A DNA stretch of 64,000 bases from Macrostomum lignano (lineage: Eukaryota), in contig NIVC01000876.1 of the NCBI GenBank assembly GCA_002269645.1, positions 188,614 to 252,613 of the forward strand, given 5' to 3'. Within the stretch, counting starts at the first letter, position 1; each line of letters starts with the position of its first letter. The position numbers and the translations under genes were made by a program. Of this stretch, positions 28,040 through 41,854 are shown piece after piece. The notes under the pieces are model-generated. The model was not told the origin of the DNA and ran no database searches. It was given only the letters and a program-made list of their open reading frames with translations.

Positions 28040-28685
28040 TGAGCCCTGCTAGCACTCCCTGAATACCCTGCTAGTACTCTCTGAATACCCTGCTAAGCAC
28101 TCCCTAAAACCCTGTTAGTACTCCCTATATACCCTGCTAGCACTCCCTGAATACCCTGCTAGCACTCTCTGAATACCCTGCTAGTACTCTCTGAATACCC
28201 TGCTAGGACTCTCTGAATACCCTGCTAGTACTCTCTGAATACCCTGCTAGTGCTCTTTGAATACCCTGCTTGCACTCTCTGAATACCCTGCTAGCACTCC
28301 CTGAATACCCTGCTAGTACTCCCTGAATACCCTGCTAGCACTCCCTGAATACCCTGCTAGCACTCCCTGAATACCCTGCTAGTACTCTCTGAATACCCTG
28401 CTAGCACTCTCTGAATACCCTGCTAGCACTCCCTGAATACCCTGCTAGCACTCCCTGAATACCCTGCTAGTACTCTCTGAATACCCTGCTAAGCACTCCC
28501 TTATAACCTGCTAGCACTCTCTGAATACCCTGCTAGCACTCTCTGAATACCCTGCTAGCACTCCCTGAATACCCTGCTAGTACTCTCTGAATACCCTGCT
28601 AGTACTCTCTGAATACCCTGCTAGCACTCTCTGAATACCCTGCTAGCACTCCCTGAATACCCTGCTAGCGCTTCCTGAAGCCCCT
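28040..28685. repeat. 22-bp minisatellite (CTGAATACCCTGCTAGCACTCT)n
   Basis: About 29 copies. Confidence 0.97.
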
Positions 28686-29344
28686 GCACACGCCCCTGAA
28701 TTCAAAGGGCCTTCTGAACCCCCTTGCCAGCAACCCCTGCGGTGCCTTCTGGCACCCTTTCTGTCATCATCCTATAGCTCTGGCACTGACAACCTGTACA
28801 TGTTTCACATCTGCAGTATAACTAGATCTCTAGGCTGGGGTAGTTATCCGGCCAAGCGAAGCTGCAGTCATGCAAATTGTAGATCATTCTGCATTGGTCC
28901 TGCAGCAGCAGCTGGCGCAGGCGTTGTACATGCAGTTGAGTCAGTGTTCACTTCAAACACCCCCCAGCCGCTGATCTCTTTTGTTATCTTAGCGAGTGGA
29001 AGTCCCGGTCAGCTGATTTCATTCTGGCTGAATTCGGCCTGGCTAAGCTCAATGCGAGCGGTCAGGCGAAAGAATAAATGATGCGCCCATTTTCTGCTTG
29101 GTTAGCCGCGACATGGTCCCGCGCAATGCCCCGCATCCTCCTCGTCCCTTGTGACGTCATCGCCCGGCAGCTCAAGAAAGAGGGCTAAGGAGGCAGGAAG
29201 GAGATTTAGCATGTCAAGTTGCGGGGATCTGATTTTGGAAGATATGAAATATCATACTTGGCTTTGGCATTCAGTTTCCTGAGTAGCCATCAGATACAAG
29301 TGTGTGGGATAGACTACCTATGGATGTAGTTGAAAATCAGAAAC

Positions 29345-29960
29345 CGCCCCTCAAATGAAATGGCGCCCCCTAAAGTTAACTGGCTCCCCCTCAACTGAAA
29401 TGGCGCCCCTCAACTGAAATGGCGCCCCTCAACTGAAATGGCCCCCCTCAACTGAAATGGTGCCACCTCAACTGAAATGGCGCCCCCTCAACTGAAATGG
29501 CGCCCCCTCAACTGAAATTGCGCCCCCTCAAATGAAATGGCGCCCCCTCAACTGAAATGGCGCCCCCTCAAACAAAAAGGCGCCCCCTCAAATGAAATGG
29601 CGCCCCTCAACTGAGATGGCGCCCCTCAAATGAAATGGCACCCCTCAACTGAAATAGCGCCCCCTCAACTGAAATGGCGCCCCCTCAAATGAAATGGCGC
29701 CCCTCAACTGAGATGGCGCCCCTCAACTGAGATGGCGCCCTCTCAACTGAGATGGCACCCCTCAACTGAGATGGCGCCCCTCAACTGAAATGGCGCCCCT
29801 CAACTGAGATGGCGCCCTCTCAAATAAAATGGCGCCCCCCTCAAATGAAAAACCGCTAACTCAAATGGAATGGCGGCGACACAAATAAAATGACGCCCTC
29901 TTAAATGGAATTGCGCCCCAGCAATTGAAATGGCGCCCTCTCAACTAAAATGGCGCCTCG
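29345..29960. repeat. About 20-bp minisatellite (TCAACTGAAATGGCGCCCCC)n
   Basis: About 30 copies with a variable C-run. Confidence 0.96.
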
Positions 29961-30344
29961 TTAAGGACGCCCCGCAGCTGGTTTTGCGAAGGTGATGGAC
30001 TTCAATTAGCATTTATGCAAAAATACTACCAGAGATGCACCTAGCCATGAGATGCTGAGCGTACATTACATGCCTGGTGTGCGGCTTGTAAAATCCATGA
30101 CGATTATTTAACAGGAATAAATCATCGCCATGTGGTTCGGATATTCGAGTCTTTTTTGAAGAATGCCGCCATTTTTCTGCTGCCCATTTCTAATCTCGGC
30201 AGTTAATTTTGCTGACTGCGCACTGCTTGCATGGCCGCTCATATCCGCTCTCTGGCGTGCGTCTTGCTGCCCATCGGGCCCGTGACTCACCGCGTGCGGC
30301 ATAGGAAAATGCGCGAGAAATGAATTGAAAATTTTAGCTGCCAT

Positions 30345-30356
30345 TTCTTCTGTCTG

Positions 30357-30399
<43 letters not shown>

Positions 30400-30420
30400 A
30401 TGTATGTCTGTCTGTCTTCG

Positions 30421-30485
<65 letters not shown>

Positions 30486-30528
30486 GTCTGTCTGTCTGTC
30501 TGTCTGTATGTATGTCTGTCTGTCTTCG

Positions 30529-30583
<55 letters not shown>

Positions 30584-30816
30584 ATGTCTGTCTGTCTTCG
30601 TGTCTGTCTGTCTGTCTGTCTGTCTTCGTGTCTGCCTGTCTGTCTGTCTGTCTATCTGTCTTCGTGTCTGCCTGTCTGTCTGTCTGTCTGTCTTCGTGTC
30701 TGCCTGTCTGTCTGTCTGTCTATCTGTCTTCGTGTCTGCCTGTCTGTCTGTCTGTCTGTCTGTCTTCGTGTCCGCCTGTCTGTCTGTCTGTCTGTCTATC
30801 TGTCTTCGTGTCTGCC

Positions 30817-30859
<43 letters not shown>

Positions 30860-31148
30860 ATGTCTGTCTGTCTGTCTGTCTATCTGTCTTCGTGTCTGCC
30901 TGTCTGTCTGTCTGTCTGTCTTCGTGTCTGCCTGTCTGTCTGTCTGTCTGTCTTCGTGTCTGCCTGTCTGTCTGTCTGTCTATCTGTCTTCGTGTCTGCC
31001 TGTCTGTCTGTCTGTCTGTCTGTCTGTATGTATGTCTGTCTGTCTGTCTGTCTTTCTGTCTTCGTGTCTGCCTGTCTATCTGTCTGTCTGTCTGTCTTCG
31101 TGTCTGTCTGTCTGTCTGTCTTCGTGTCTATCTGTCTGTCTGTCTGTT

Positions 31149-31185
<37 letters not shown>

Positions 31186-31290
31186 TCGTGTCTGCCTGTC
31201 TATCTGTCTGTCTGTCTGTCTTTCTGTCTGTTGTCCACCTTAATCTGTCCTACTATATGTCTGTTTGCTTGCCTGTCTGCATTAGTGTGT
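30345..31290. repeat. Compound (TCTG)n microsatellite with recurring TCTTCGTG/TGCC/TATC interruptions
   Basis: Read directly. Confidence 0.97.
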
Positions 31291-31809
31291 CTGTCTGCAT
31301 GTCTGGCCCATGTCCATCAGTTCTTTTATCAGTCTAATTTTTCTGTTTGTCTTTTCGCGTAATATCTGCCGGCTGTATCGGCGGTATACTTCGTCCCCGC
31401 CGATCCTGACCCTCTTGGCAACAAGAACCCAAGACGCTTAAGCCGGGTGTCGCGCGACATTCTTGGCAATAAATAATCGCATTTCTCCTGCCTATCGGCA
31501 AAGCGTGGAATGTGTCCCGCGGCCTGGGTTGAGGGGCAGTTTGCAACCTCAGTTGGCATCCCGGTGCGAACCCAGCAGAATTTACTCTGCAGTCACCAGT
31601 ATCCTCACTGTTGCAACCAAAACTTCTGCTGAAAAAAGCACTGCAGAATTTCAGTTTCCCATTCCAAGGAACGCAGCGGGTTAATAGAGTTAAAATGAGT
31701 GATGGAGAATGTGGACAGTTGTGGGGTGGCACTTTCTGAGGCATGAGAGCGGGGCTTCTGACATTCTGTTTAGAATAGTATAAAAGCAGACTGAAGGTAT
31801 ATATGATCT

Positions 31810-32570
31810 AAGCCGAGGGTGAGATGAGAGATAAGATCCAGACTGGAGGTGAGATGGGATAATCAAGACTGGGGGTGAGATAATAGATAAGATTCAGGCT
31901 GGTTTGAGATAAAGATAAGATCCAGACTGGGGATGAGATGAGAGATAAGATTCCGACTGGGTGTGAGATTAGAGATAAGATCCAGATTGGGTGTGAGATT
32001 AGAGATAAGATCCAGATTGGGTGTGAGATTAGAGATAAGATGCAGACTTGGTGTGAGATGAGAGATACGATCCAGATTGGAGGTGAGATGAGAGATAAGA
32101 ATCAGACTGGTGTGAGATGAGAGATAAGATCCAGACTGGGGTGAGATGAGAGATAAGATCCAGACTAAGTGTGAGATTAGAGATAAGATCCAGATTGGGT
32201 GTGAGATTAGAGATAAGATCCAGACTTGGTGTGAGATTAGAGATAAGATGCAGACTTGGTGTGAGATGAGAGATACGATCCAGATTGGAGGTGAGATGAG
32301 AGATAAGAATCAGACTGGTGTGAGATGAGAGATACGATCCAGATTGGAGGTGAGATGAGAGATAAGAATCAGACTGGTGTGAGATGAGAGATAAGATCCA
32401 GACTGGGGTGAGATGAGAGATAAGATCCAGACTGGGGTGAGATGAGAGATAAGATCAAGACTGGGGGTGAGATTAGAGAATCAAAACTGAGGTTGAGATG
32501 ACAGATAAGATCAAGACTAGGGTGAGATGAGATATAAGATAAAGACTTGGGTGAGATGAAAGATTCGCCC
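31810..32570. repeat. 29-30-bp minisatellite (GTGAGATGAGAGATAAGATCCAGACTGGG)n
   Basis: About 26 copies. Confidence 0.96.
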
Positions 32571-33189
32571 ATCTCAGGGCAGATTGGGGTGCTGAGACAA
32601 TGCAATGCTGATTGTCTGGGAGAAGAATTTCTCAACTCTCAATCAGAAATTTTCACAGTGCTTCCAAAAGCAGAAATCCCCGCGCTCGGCCGAAAGAGAG
32701 ATCGGGGGTGGCAAATCCCGAAATCGAAGAACTTGTCCTCACCAACTGGAGATGAAGCCGGGAGCCGAGTTTAGCCCCAGCTCAAAGTGTGAGATCTTTC
32801 GGGACAGTCTCTCGCGCTGATGAAGCTGCGCGGACCTTTTCTCCACTCGAGGGCTCATGGCTTGGACTCCTAATTGTTTGAGTTCACACTGGGTCCGGGG
32901 GGTCAGAGACAGGGGCAGAGTGCCGCGAATTCGGTCTTTTTGCCGACTTTGGCCAGCCCCTCAAAATCTGTGCCGCAGTTGCCGAGGGCGAAAGAAGTTG
33001 CCGGGCTGTCTGTGGGGCCAGCCGTCATTGAGTTAGCCTTGGCTTCGGCTGCCCGACCGCGGCTCAGTCGATAAAATCTCCAGCCGGCGAATTTCTTGAT
33101 CTGCGTGTCAATTGGGTGAAGGAGGGATTTTTCTGTGTGAGAGATTCTCTTTTGCAACTCTCTGATGAGTCCATTTTTTTAGCACGAGT

Positions 33190-33652
33190 CTTACCCGAAT
33201 CTTCACTGAACCCGAATCTTCACTGAACCCGAATCTTCACTGAACCCGAATCTTCACTGAACTCGAGTCTTCATCACTGAACCCGAATCTTCACTGAACC
33301 CGAATCTTCACTGAACCTGAATCTTCACTGAACCCGAATCTTCACTGAACCCGAATCTTCACTGAACCTGAATCTTCACTGAACCTGAATCTTCACTGAA
33401 CCCGAATCTTCACTGAACTCAAATCTTCACTAAACCCGAATCTTCACTGAACTCAAATCTTCACTGAACCCGAATCTTCACTAAATCCGAATCTTCACTG
33501 AACCAGAATCTTCACTGAACCCGAATCTTCACTGAACTCAAATCTTCACTGAACCCGAATCTTTACTGAACCCGAATCTTCACTGAACCCGAGTCTTCAT
33601 CACTGAACCCGAATCATCACTGAACCCAAATCTTCACTGAACCCGAATATTC
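33190..33652. repeat. 17-bp minisatellite (CTGAACCCGAATCTTCA)n
   Basis: About 27 copies. Confidence 0.97.
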
Positions 33653-34159
33653 AGCAAAATTAATTTGTACCAACCTTAATCTAAACCAATTCGAAATTTA
33701 ATTGAAATATGAATTTAACTCGGTTTTATTGAACCGCAAAGTCCTGAGCCGGCAGCGCTCTGCCTTCCTGTATGCTTTTTTCAGTGAGACTTTTGTCTAA
33801 ATTAACTTAACAACTTTTTCCAGGTCCAGCATCCTAATCTGCAGCCTCATCCGCAGAGGCCGCAATGACAGCTGGTCAGATCCATTTTATGCCCAGCGGT
33901 TCCGCCCTGCCGGCCCTCTGGGACTTTGTTTTGTTGCTTAGATTTTCTTTGAAACATATCGGCGCTTATCGCTTGAATATTAGTCATATGAAACGAATGT
34001 ATTTATAGAATTAGACACAAGAATGATGATGGAAGACCCGGGCGCCTCCGATAGCGGTGGGGACTCGCTATTCAAGGACATCTGAGCAGTAAACTCTGGA
34101 GTGGAAACCCATTCGTTTTTAACACATTTTATCGCAAAATTTTGTGATTTCGCAGTTTT

Positions 34160-34760
34160 TTAGGATTGGAGATTTGGGATTTGGGATTTGGAAGTTTTGG
34201 GGATTTGGGATTTGGCATTTGGAAGTTTTGGGGATTTGGGATTTGGGATTTGGAAGTTTTAGAGATTTGGGATTTGGAAGTTTTGGAGATTTGGGATTTG
34301 GGATTTGGAAGTTTTGGGGATTTGGGATTTGGGATTTGGAAGTTTTGGGGATTTGGGATTTGGAAGTTTTGGAGATTTGGGATTTGGGATTTGGAAGTTT
34401 TCGGGATTTGGGATTTGGAAGTTTTGGAGATTTGGGATTTGGGATTTGGAAGTTTTCGGGATTTGGGATTTGGAAGTTTTGGAGATTTGTGATTTGTGAT
34501 TTGGAATTTTTTGGGATTTGGGACTTGGGAATTTTTGGGATTTGAGACTTGGGAGTTTTTGGGATTGGGGACTTGGAAGTTTCGGGGATTTGGAATTCGG
34601 GAGTTTTGAGATAGGGGGTTTTAAGAGTTTTAGGATGGGTTTAGAGAGTTTGGGGGTTTGGGATTTGGGAGTTTAGGGGATTTGCGATTTGAGTATTTTA
34701 AGGGTTTAGGGTTGGAGAGTTTTGGGATTTAGGATTGGGGAGTTTTGGGATTTGAAAGAA
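34160..34760. repeat. G/T-rich mosaic array of GGGATTT and GGAAGTTTT units
   Basis: Read directly; degenerates toward the right end. Confidence 0.93.
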
Positions 34761-35140
34761 AGAATCAGGACACTGGGACTCGTAAGCTTGTCTGGGAGGC
34801 GCACAGTCCGCATCCAGATCGCCTGGGCTGGCCGATTCCAATCGCCAGCTGTTGCAGAAAAAACCTCCAAAAGAACGGAGGCAAGAATCATAATAAACTG
34901 CTTTTTATCAAGCCGCAATCTCCCCGGGAAAATTCTCCCCTCTCTTAGCGGCGCATCTGGGGAAGCTGTGGAGTTTCCTGTGCTGAGGGGATATTCGAGA
35001 CCGGCCGGGGTGTTGACAGTGGCTGAGGGTGAGGAGAAGGCGCCCCATCACCTCCCTGTGGCTTATCACTTCTCCTTCCTCACTTGGTGGCGGCGGGTAG
35101 GAGCCGCGAGCCAGCGATATTAAAGTTTGCTGTGTGCTGT

Positions 35141-35174
<34 letters not shown>

Positions 35175-35399
35175 GCACACCCGGTGCACACACCGCTATA
35201 TCAAGTATTTAGACGTTGAGGCCCCAGGTTCCTCCTTATCAGCGACACAAGGTGAGAGAGTAAAGTCTCTATGTAAAAAAGATGAAGGAGCTCTGAGGCT
35301 GCAGGTCTGCTCCGTTCTTGACTGCATGTGTTTTTTGTTCTGTGTTGGGATAAGTGGAAGTGGGGGCAGAAGGGCTCGAGAGAGCAAGCAGTAACACAA

Positions 35400-36242
35400 G
35401 AAAAGAGAGGGAGGGAGAAGTAGGGTGAGAGAGGGAACACGGGAGGGTAGGAGAAGAGGAGACAGGAGGGTGAGAGAGGGAGACAAGGGGTGAGAGAGGG
35501 AGAAAGAGAGGGAGACAGGGGGAGAGAGAGAAACAGGAGATTGAGAGAAGGGGAGACGGGAAGGTGAGGAAGGGGAGCCAGGAGGGTGACGGAGAGGGGG
35601 AGACAGGGAGTGAGGGGGAGACAGGGGGTGAGGGGGATACAGGAGGGAGAGGGAGAGGGGGAGACAGGAGGGAGAGGGGGAGACAGAAGGGTGAGGGGGA
35701 GCCAGGAGGGTGAGGGAGAGGGGGAGACAGGAGGGTGAGGGGGAGACAGGGGGTGAGGGAGAGACAGGAGGGAGAGGGAGAGGGGGAGACTGGAGGGTCA
35801 GGGGGGAGACAGGAGGGTGAGGGACAGGGGGAGACAGGAGGGTGAGGAGGGAGCCAGGAGGGTGAGGGAGAGGGGGAGACAGGAGGGTGAGGGAGAGGGA
35901 GATAAGAGGGTGAGAGAGATGAGAAAGGAGGGTAAGAGAGTTGAGACAGGAGGGTGAGGGAGAGGGGGAGACAGGAGGGTGAGGGAGAGGGAGACAAGAG
36001 GGTGAGAGAGATGAGAAAGGAGGGTAAGAGAGTTGAGACAGGAGGGTGAGGGGGAAACAGGAGGGCGAGGGGGAGACAGGAGGGCGAGGAGAGACAAGAG
36101 GGTAAGAGAGATGAGAAAGGAGGGTAAGAGAGTTGAGACAGGAGGGTGAGGGAGAGGGAGACAAGAGGGTGAGAGAGATGAGAAAGGAGGGTAAGAGAGG
36201 GGGAGACAGGAGGGTGAGGGAGAGGGAGACAAGAGGGTGAGA
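35400..36242. repeat. Purine-rich array (GAGACAGGAGGGTGAGGG-like) with internal block duplications
   Basis: Read directly. Confidence 0.92.
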
Positions 36243-36689
36243 GCAGGTATCGAACATGGCTCGAGTTCGCATTTGAAAAGTCCACCCAGAGCTGGCCAAA
36301 GCTCGTAATGAGCGGGGAGTGAAGGCGGGCTGCAGTGCACTTGGTGGCTCTGCCCTATCGCACTATTATTAACACTGGGCTACTTGCAGTTCGCACCCCC
36401 GCCCTCACTGTGCGCCTCTGTCCCTCCCTCCAGGGTCTCGTTTAGTTTGTCAATCAACGAATATCCAGAGGGGCAGCCCCCCACTGCTCTGCTATTGACT
36501 TTGCAAACTGTATCGGTCATTTTGAAGCTCCCCCGAGCAGTTGAAGGGGTTCAATGTTTTTGTGAACTTTGCAGATGAGCTGTGGAAATTGACAGCTCTG
36601 TTGGCGCTCTGAATGATCTGGCGCGGAAATAAATGTTGAGATTTGATGCCTGTGGCGCTTAACTGCGAGACAAACTGTGCTAAATCCGG

Positions 36690-38755
36690 TGTCAGATGGT
36701 GCCTAATGTGTGTCAGATGGTGCCTAATGTGTGTCAGATGGTGCCTAATGTGTGTCAGATGGTGCCCAATGTGTGTCAGATGGTTTGTAATGTGTCAGAG
36801 AGGGATCCTAATACGGCTGTCAGATGGTGTCTAATTTGTCAGAGAAGGATCCTAATACGGCTGTCAGATGGTGTCTAATGTGTCAGAGAAGGATCCTAAT
36901 ACGGCTGTCAGATGGTTTGTAATGTGTCAGAGAGGGATCCTAATACGGCTGTCAGATGGTGTCTAATTTGTCAGAGAAGGATCCTAATACGGCTGTCAGA
37001 TGGTGTCTAATTTGTCAGAGAAGGATCCTAATACGGCTGTCAGATGGTGTCTAATTTGTCAGAGAAGGATCCTAATACGGCTGTCAGATGGTGTCTAATT
37101 TGTCAGAGAAGGATCCTAATACGGCTGTCAGATGGTGTCTAATGTGTCAGAGAAGGATCCTAATACGGCTGTCAGATGGTGTCTAATGTGTGTCAGATGG
37201 TGCCTAATGTGTGTCAGATGGTGCCTAATGTGTCAGAGAGGGATCCTAATACGGCTGTCAGATGGTGTCTAATGTGTCAGAGAAGGATCCTAATACGGCT
37301 GTCAGATGGTGTCTAATGTGTCAGAGAAGGATCCTAATCTGGCTGTCAGATGGTGTCTAATGTGTCAGAGAGGGATCCTAATCTGGCTGTCAGATGGTGT
37401 CTAATGTGTCAGAGAGGGATCCTAATCTGGCTGTCAGATGGTGTCTAATGTGTCAGAGAGGGATCCTAATATGGCTGTCAGGTGGCGTCTAATGTGTCAG
37501 AGAGGGATCCTAATCTGGCTGTCAGATGGTGTCTAATGTGTCAGAGAGGGATCCTAATCTGGCTGTCAGATGGTGTCTAATGTGTCAGAGAGGGATCCTA
37601 ATCTGGCTGTCAGATGGTGTCTAATGTGTCAGAGAGGGATCCTAATCTGGCTGTCAGATGGTGTCTAATGTGTCAGAGAGGGATCCTAATCTGGCTGTCA
37701 GATGGTGTCTAATGTGTCAGAGAGGGATCCTAATACGGTTGTCAGATGGTGTCTAATGTGTCAGAGAGGGATCCTAATACGGCTGTCAGATGGTGTCTAA
37801 TGTGTCAGAGAGGGATCCTAATACGGTTGTCAGATGGTGTCTAATGTGTCAGAGAGGGATCCTAATCTGGCTGTCAGATGGTGTCTAATGTGTCAGAGAG
37901 GGATCCTAATCTGGCTGTCAGATGGTGTCTAATGTGTCAGAGAGGGATCCTAATACGGCTGTCAGATGGTGTCTAATGCGTCAGAGAGGGATCCTAATAC
38001 GGTTGTCAGATGGTGTCTAATTTGTCAGAGAAGGATCCTAATACGGCTGTCAGATGGTGTCTAATTTGTCAGAGAAGGATCCTAATACGGCTGTCAGATG
38101 GTGTCTAATGTGTCAGAGAAGGATCCTAATACGGCTGTCAGATGGTGTCTAATGTGTGTCAGATGGTGCCTAATGTGTGTCAGATGGTGCCTAATGTGTC
38201 AGAGAGGGATCCTAATACGGTTGTCAGATGGTGTCTAATGTGTCAGAGAGGGATCCTAATACGGTTGTCAGATGGTGTCTAATGTGTCAGAGAGGGATCC
38301 TAATACGGCTGTCAGATGGTGTCTAATGTGTCAGAGAGGGATCCTAATACGGTTGTCAGATGGTGTCTAATGTGTCAGAGAGGGATCCTAATCTGGCTGT
38401 CAGATGGTGTCTAATGTGTCAGAGAGGGATCCTAATACGGCTGTCAGATGGTGTCTAATGTGTCAGAGAGGGATCCTAATACGGCTGTCAGATGGTGTCT
38501 AATGCGTCAGAGAGGGATCCTAATACGGTTGTCAGATGGTGTCTAATGTGTCAGAGAGGGATCCTAATACGGCTGTCAGATGGTGTCTAATGTGTCAGAG
38601 AGGGATCCTAATATGGCTGTCAGATGGTGTCTAATGCGTCAGAGAGGGATCCTAATACGGCTGTCAGATGGTGTCTAATGTGTCAGAGAGGGATCCTATA
38701 CGGTTGTCAGATGGTGTCTAATTTGTCAGAGAGGGATCCTAATATGGCTGTCAAA
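36690..38755. repeat. 44-bp minisatellite (GTCAGATGGTGTCTAATGTGTCAGAGAGGGATCCTAATACGGCT)n preceded by 21-bp monomers
   Basis: About 45 units. Confidence 0.98.
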
Positions 38756-39119
38756 GATGGTCAGGGAAGTGTCAGGGGAAGCCTAATAAAAGTGTCAAGA
38801 AAACGCATACCCCAATAAAGTGCCCTCCGCCCCAGGCTGTTTCTGCAGTCTCGCATTGCGCCTGTCTTCCAGGGCCCGCGAGGCTGTCAATAAAGCAAAC
38901 AAACTTGCCCGGCTGCCTCGTGTCGGCTTTCCCGCTGCCCCAATTGCGGCGATTCGCGTGAATCCCCGACCGGCTTCTCGTATTCATCTTTGCCTCGCTG
39001 TTTATCCGATTTTTTCTGGACCCGTTGGCCCCCCAATGCTGGTCCTCTGTTGTTTGTGCCAGTGAACTTATTTCTGCTTTTGATGCACTTTTGATGATGC
39101 AGCTGCTTGTGGGGATGAT

Positions 39120-39520
39120 GAGATTGGAGACTGGCGGGGAGAGGAAGATGAGAGAGGGCTGTGAGAGAGAGAGATGAGAGAGGGGGAGGGAGATAGGAGA
39201 GGGTAGGAGAGACAAGAGAGGGAGTGGGTAATAAAAGAGAAAGAGAGGGAGAGGGAGAGGGAGATAAGAGAGGGGAGATAAGAGCGTAGGAGAGGGAGAG
39301 GGAGATAGGAGAGGCTGAGGGAGAGGGAGATAAGAGCGTAGGAGAGGGAGAGAGGAGAGGGTGAGAGAGGGAGATAAGAGCGTAGGATAGAGAGAGGGAG
39401 ATGGGAGAGGGAAAGATACGAGCATAGGAGAGAGAGAGGGAGATAGGAGGGAGAGATGGAAACAAGAGAGGGGAGACAAGAGAGGGGAGGGAGATAGAAG
39501 GGGAGAGAGACAAGCCAGAG
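39120..39520. repeat. GA-rich low-complexity tract
   Basis: Read directly. Confidence 0.9.
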
Positions 39521-40344
39521 GAACGCAGCAGAGTGCTATCAGCCTGAACTTTCTCAAGCCTTACTAGGCTGCACGTTCACCTTCAGCGAATCAATCACGA
39601 AGGAGGCGGTTTTCACCAGCGGGGCTTATTGAGCAGGCATCAGACCGCCGGCTCGAGGCCTGACCATGTCGCTTGAAAAGTGCATCTGGCACCGCCTGGG
39701 CCTGACAGCTTTCTTTCTGATCGTCAAGAAAATGATGAAGCACCCATGGTCAGCTCTGCGGAGTCTGGAAGCGGCAGATGACGGCAAGTGCCAGATGAAT
39801 CAAAAATAACCCGGCCTGAAATTTCAGAGGCGCCATTTTAGGCCTCCGCCCTGGGTGAATGAGTTTTCCTAGGCAGGAAGTCATAAATCTTGCGGACACC
39901 TCGCCACGATCTCCCATTGTCTGCCATCAGCCTGGCGGCAAAATTTGCGCCCGGGCGGGTCTCCGCTGCTGAGCCGCAGAGGATGGAGAGGGGAGACTGG
40001 CGCCAGGATCTCGCTGTCAGGCAATCAACAGGGTGTCATCGGATTCCGTAATTCAATTTGCAGATCTTGTTGCCGACTGGGCGACTGCGAGCTGGGTTCG
40101 AGGCTCAGGACTTCGGGCTCATTGGGGCCTGTTTTGCGTGCTTCTGCACTCAGCCAGCCAGTCAGTCAGTCAGCCAGTCTAATTGTCTGCCTGCCTGCCT
40201 GCCTGCCCTGTGCGCTGAAAGATGAGCTCTGCTGAAATTGGCGAGCCAGGAAGTCAGCAAGTCAATTTTGTGGGGAGCAGCTGGTGGTGCAGCCTGGCTT
40301 GAGATGCTCAGTGACATTTTCTGTGCTTTTTATTAGCTTTGAGT

Positions 40345-40700
40345 TCATCGGTGAGTTCATGAGTGAGTTCTTGAGTGAGCTCATGAGTGAGTTCATGAGT
40401 GAGTTATGAGTGAGTTCATGAGTGAGTTCATGAGTGAGTTCATGAGTGAGTTATGAGTGAGTTTATGAGTGAGTTATGAGTGAGTTCATGAGTGAGGTCA
40501 TGAGTGAGTTCATGAATGAGTTTATGAGTGAGTTCATGAGTGAGTTTATGAGTGAGTTATGAGTGAGCTCATGAGTGAGTTCATGAGTGAGTTCATGAGT
40601 GAGTTTATGAGTGAGTTATGAGTGAGTTCATGAGTGAGGTCATGAGTGAGTTCATGAATGAGTTTATGAGTGAGTTCATGAGTAAATTCATGAGTTAGCA
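40345..40700. repeat. 11-12-bp minisatellite (ATGAGTGAGTTC)n
   Basis: About 30 copies. Confidence 0.96.
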
Positions 40701-41624
40701 TTTCAAAATGACATTCACTGCAGTCACTTGTTGGCTGACAATGAGGCAGGGAAGTGCAGGTCAGGCAGTTTGCAGTTACTCAGCTCAAATATTTGCTGAC
40801 TGACAGCCCTGCATGCACCCGGCGCAGATGATAACTCCCGGGTCCGCAGATCAGGTCACCGCCCCGTCTGCCAGCAGTATGGCAAATGTTTGGCAGCAAT
40901 TTTAATAAATCTGATGCAGCTTTATGAAAATGTCCCAACACAGCTCTCAGCTCACGGAAGCTAAAATATAATGCCTATAGATAGTATCATCGTGGACTAC
41001 TAAGTACGGTTATCTATATAGAATTTGGATTGGAAACCGGGGCTACCCCTGCAGAGACAATCCGCCAGCCCTCCGAGAGCTGCCAGTTAAGTTGAGTGGG
41101 CGGTGGCAGCAGCGGCGGTGCCATCACGCAAGCGCAGCATCGGTCAGCTGACAGCTGAGTCCTCTCCGGCTGGGACTTCCTGATCGGATTAATTATCTCG
41201 TTGGCCGGCCGGCCGGCCCTCCATGTCCTCGCCAATGCTCTCTCCCTTCCCGGAATCTCATTGAAACTAAACCCCCCCCTTAGCAGCAGCCTCATCTGAG
41301 CTGGGGAGGCTGGGAGACAGAAATTAGCGGAATACAATGGCAGGAAAAATGGACGGTCCCACAGTCTGTCTGTCTGTCCTGACTGGAATTTTGCCGCAGC
41401 AATCTCTGGGAGCCGACGAGAGTGAAGTTTCCTGACTGTCCAGTCGGTCTCGAAAACAATTGGCGAGCTGGGCGAGAGTGAGTGAGCTGAAATGTGTGCC
41501 AATTTGGCTAATTCACTCACTTTCACTTGAGTCCGATTGCTCCGGTGTATGGTGGAGCTCTGGGGCCTCGGCTAGTGCGCTAATTTTCATCCCATGGTGC
41601 AAACCATGGGATGGCGCCAGATCA

Positions 41625-41842
41625 GAGATTAACAGAGATGGCGCCAGACTCAACTAGCAGAGATGGCGCCAGACTCAACTAGCAGAGATGGCGCCAGACT
41701 CAATTATCAGAGATGGCGCCAGACTCAATATTATCAGAGATGGCGCCAGACTCAATATTATCAGAGATGGCGCCAGACTCAATATTATCAGAGATGGCGC
41801 CAGACTCAATATTATCAGAGATGGCGCCAGACTCAATATTAT
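41625..41842. repeat. 25-27-bp tandem repeat (CAGAGATGGCGCCAGACTCAATATTAT)n
   Basis: About 8 copies. Confidence 0.95.
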
Positions 41843-41854
41843 AAGAGTGAGAGA

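Noticed and set aside
33162-33200. CTGATGAGTCC hammerhead-like start
   Set aside because: No GGAC-GAAA partner and no stems I or III.
40337-40350. 14-nt exon-like segment (TTTTATTAG|CTTTGAGTTCATCG|GTGAGT)
   Set aside because: It is not frame-preserving, and the GTGAGT is simply the first unit of the 12-bp array.
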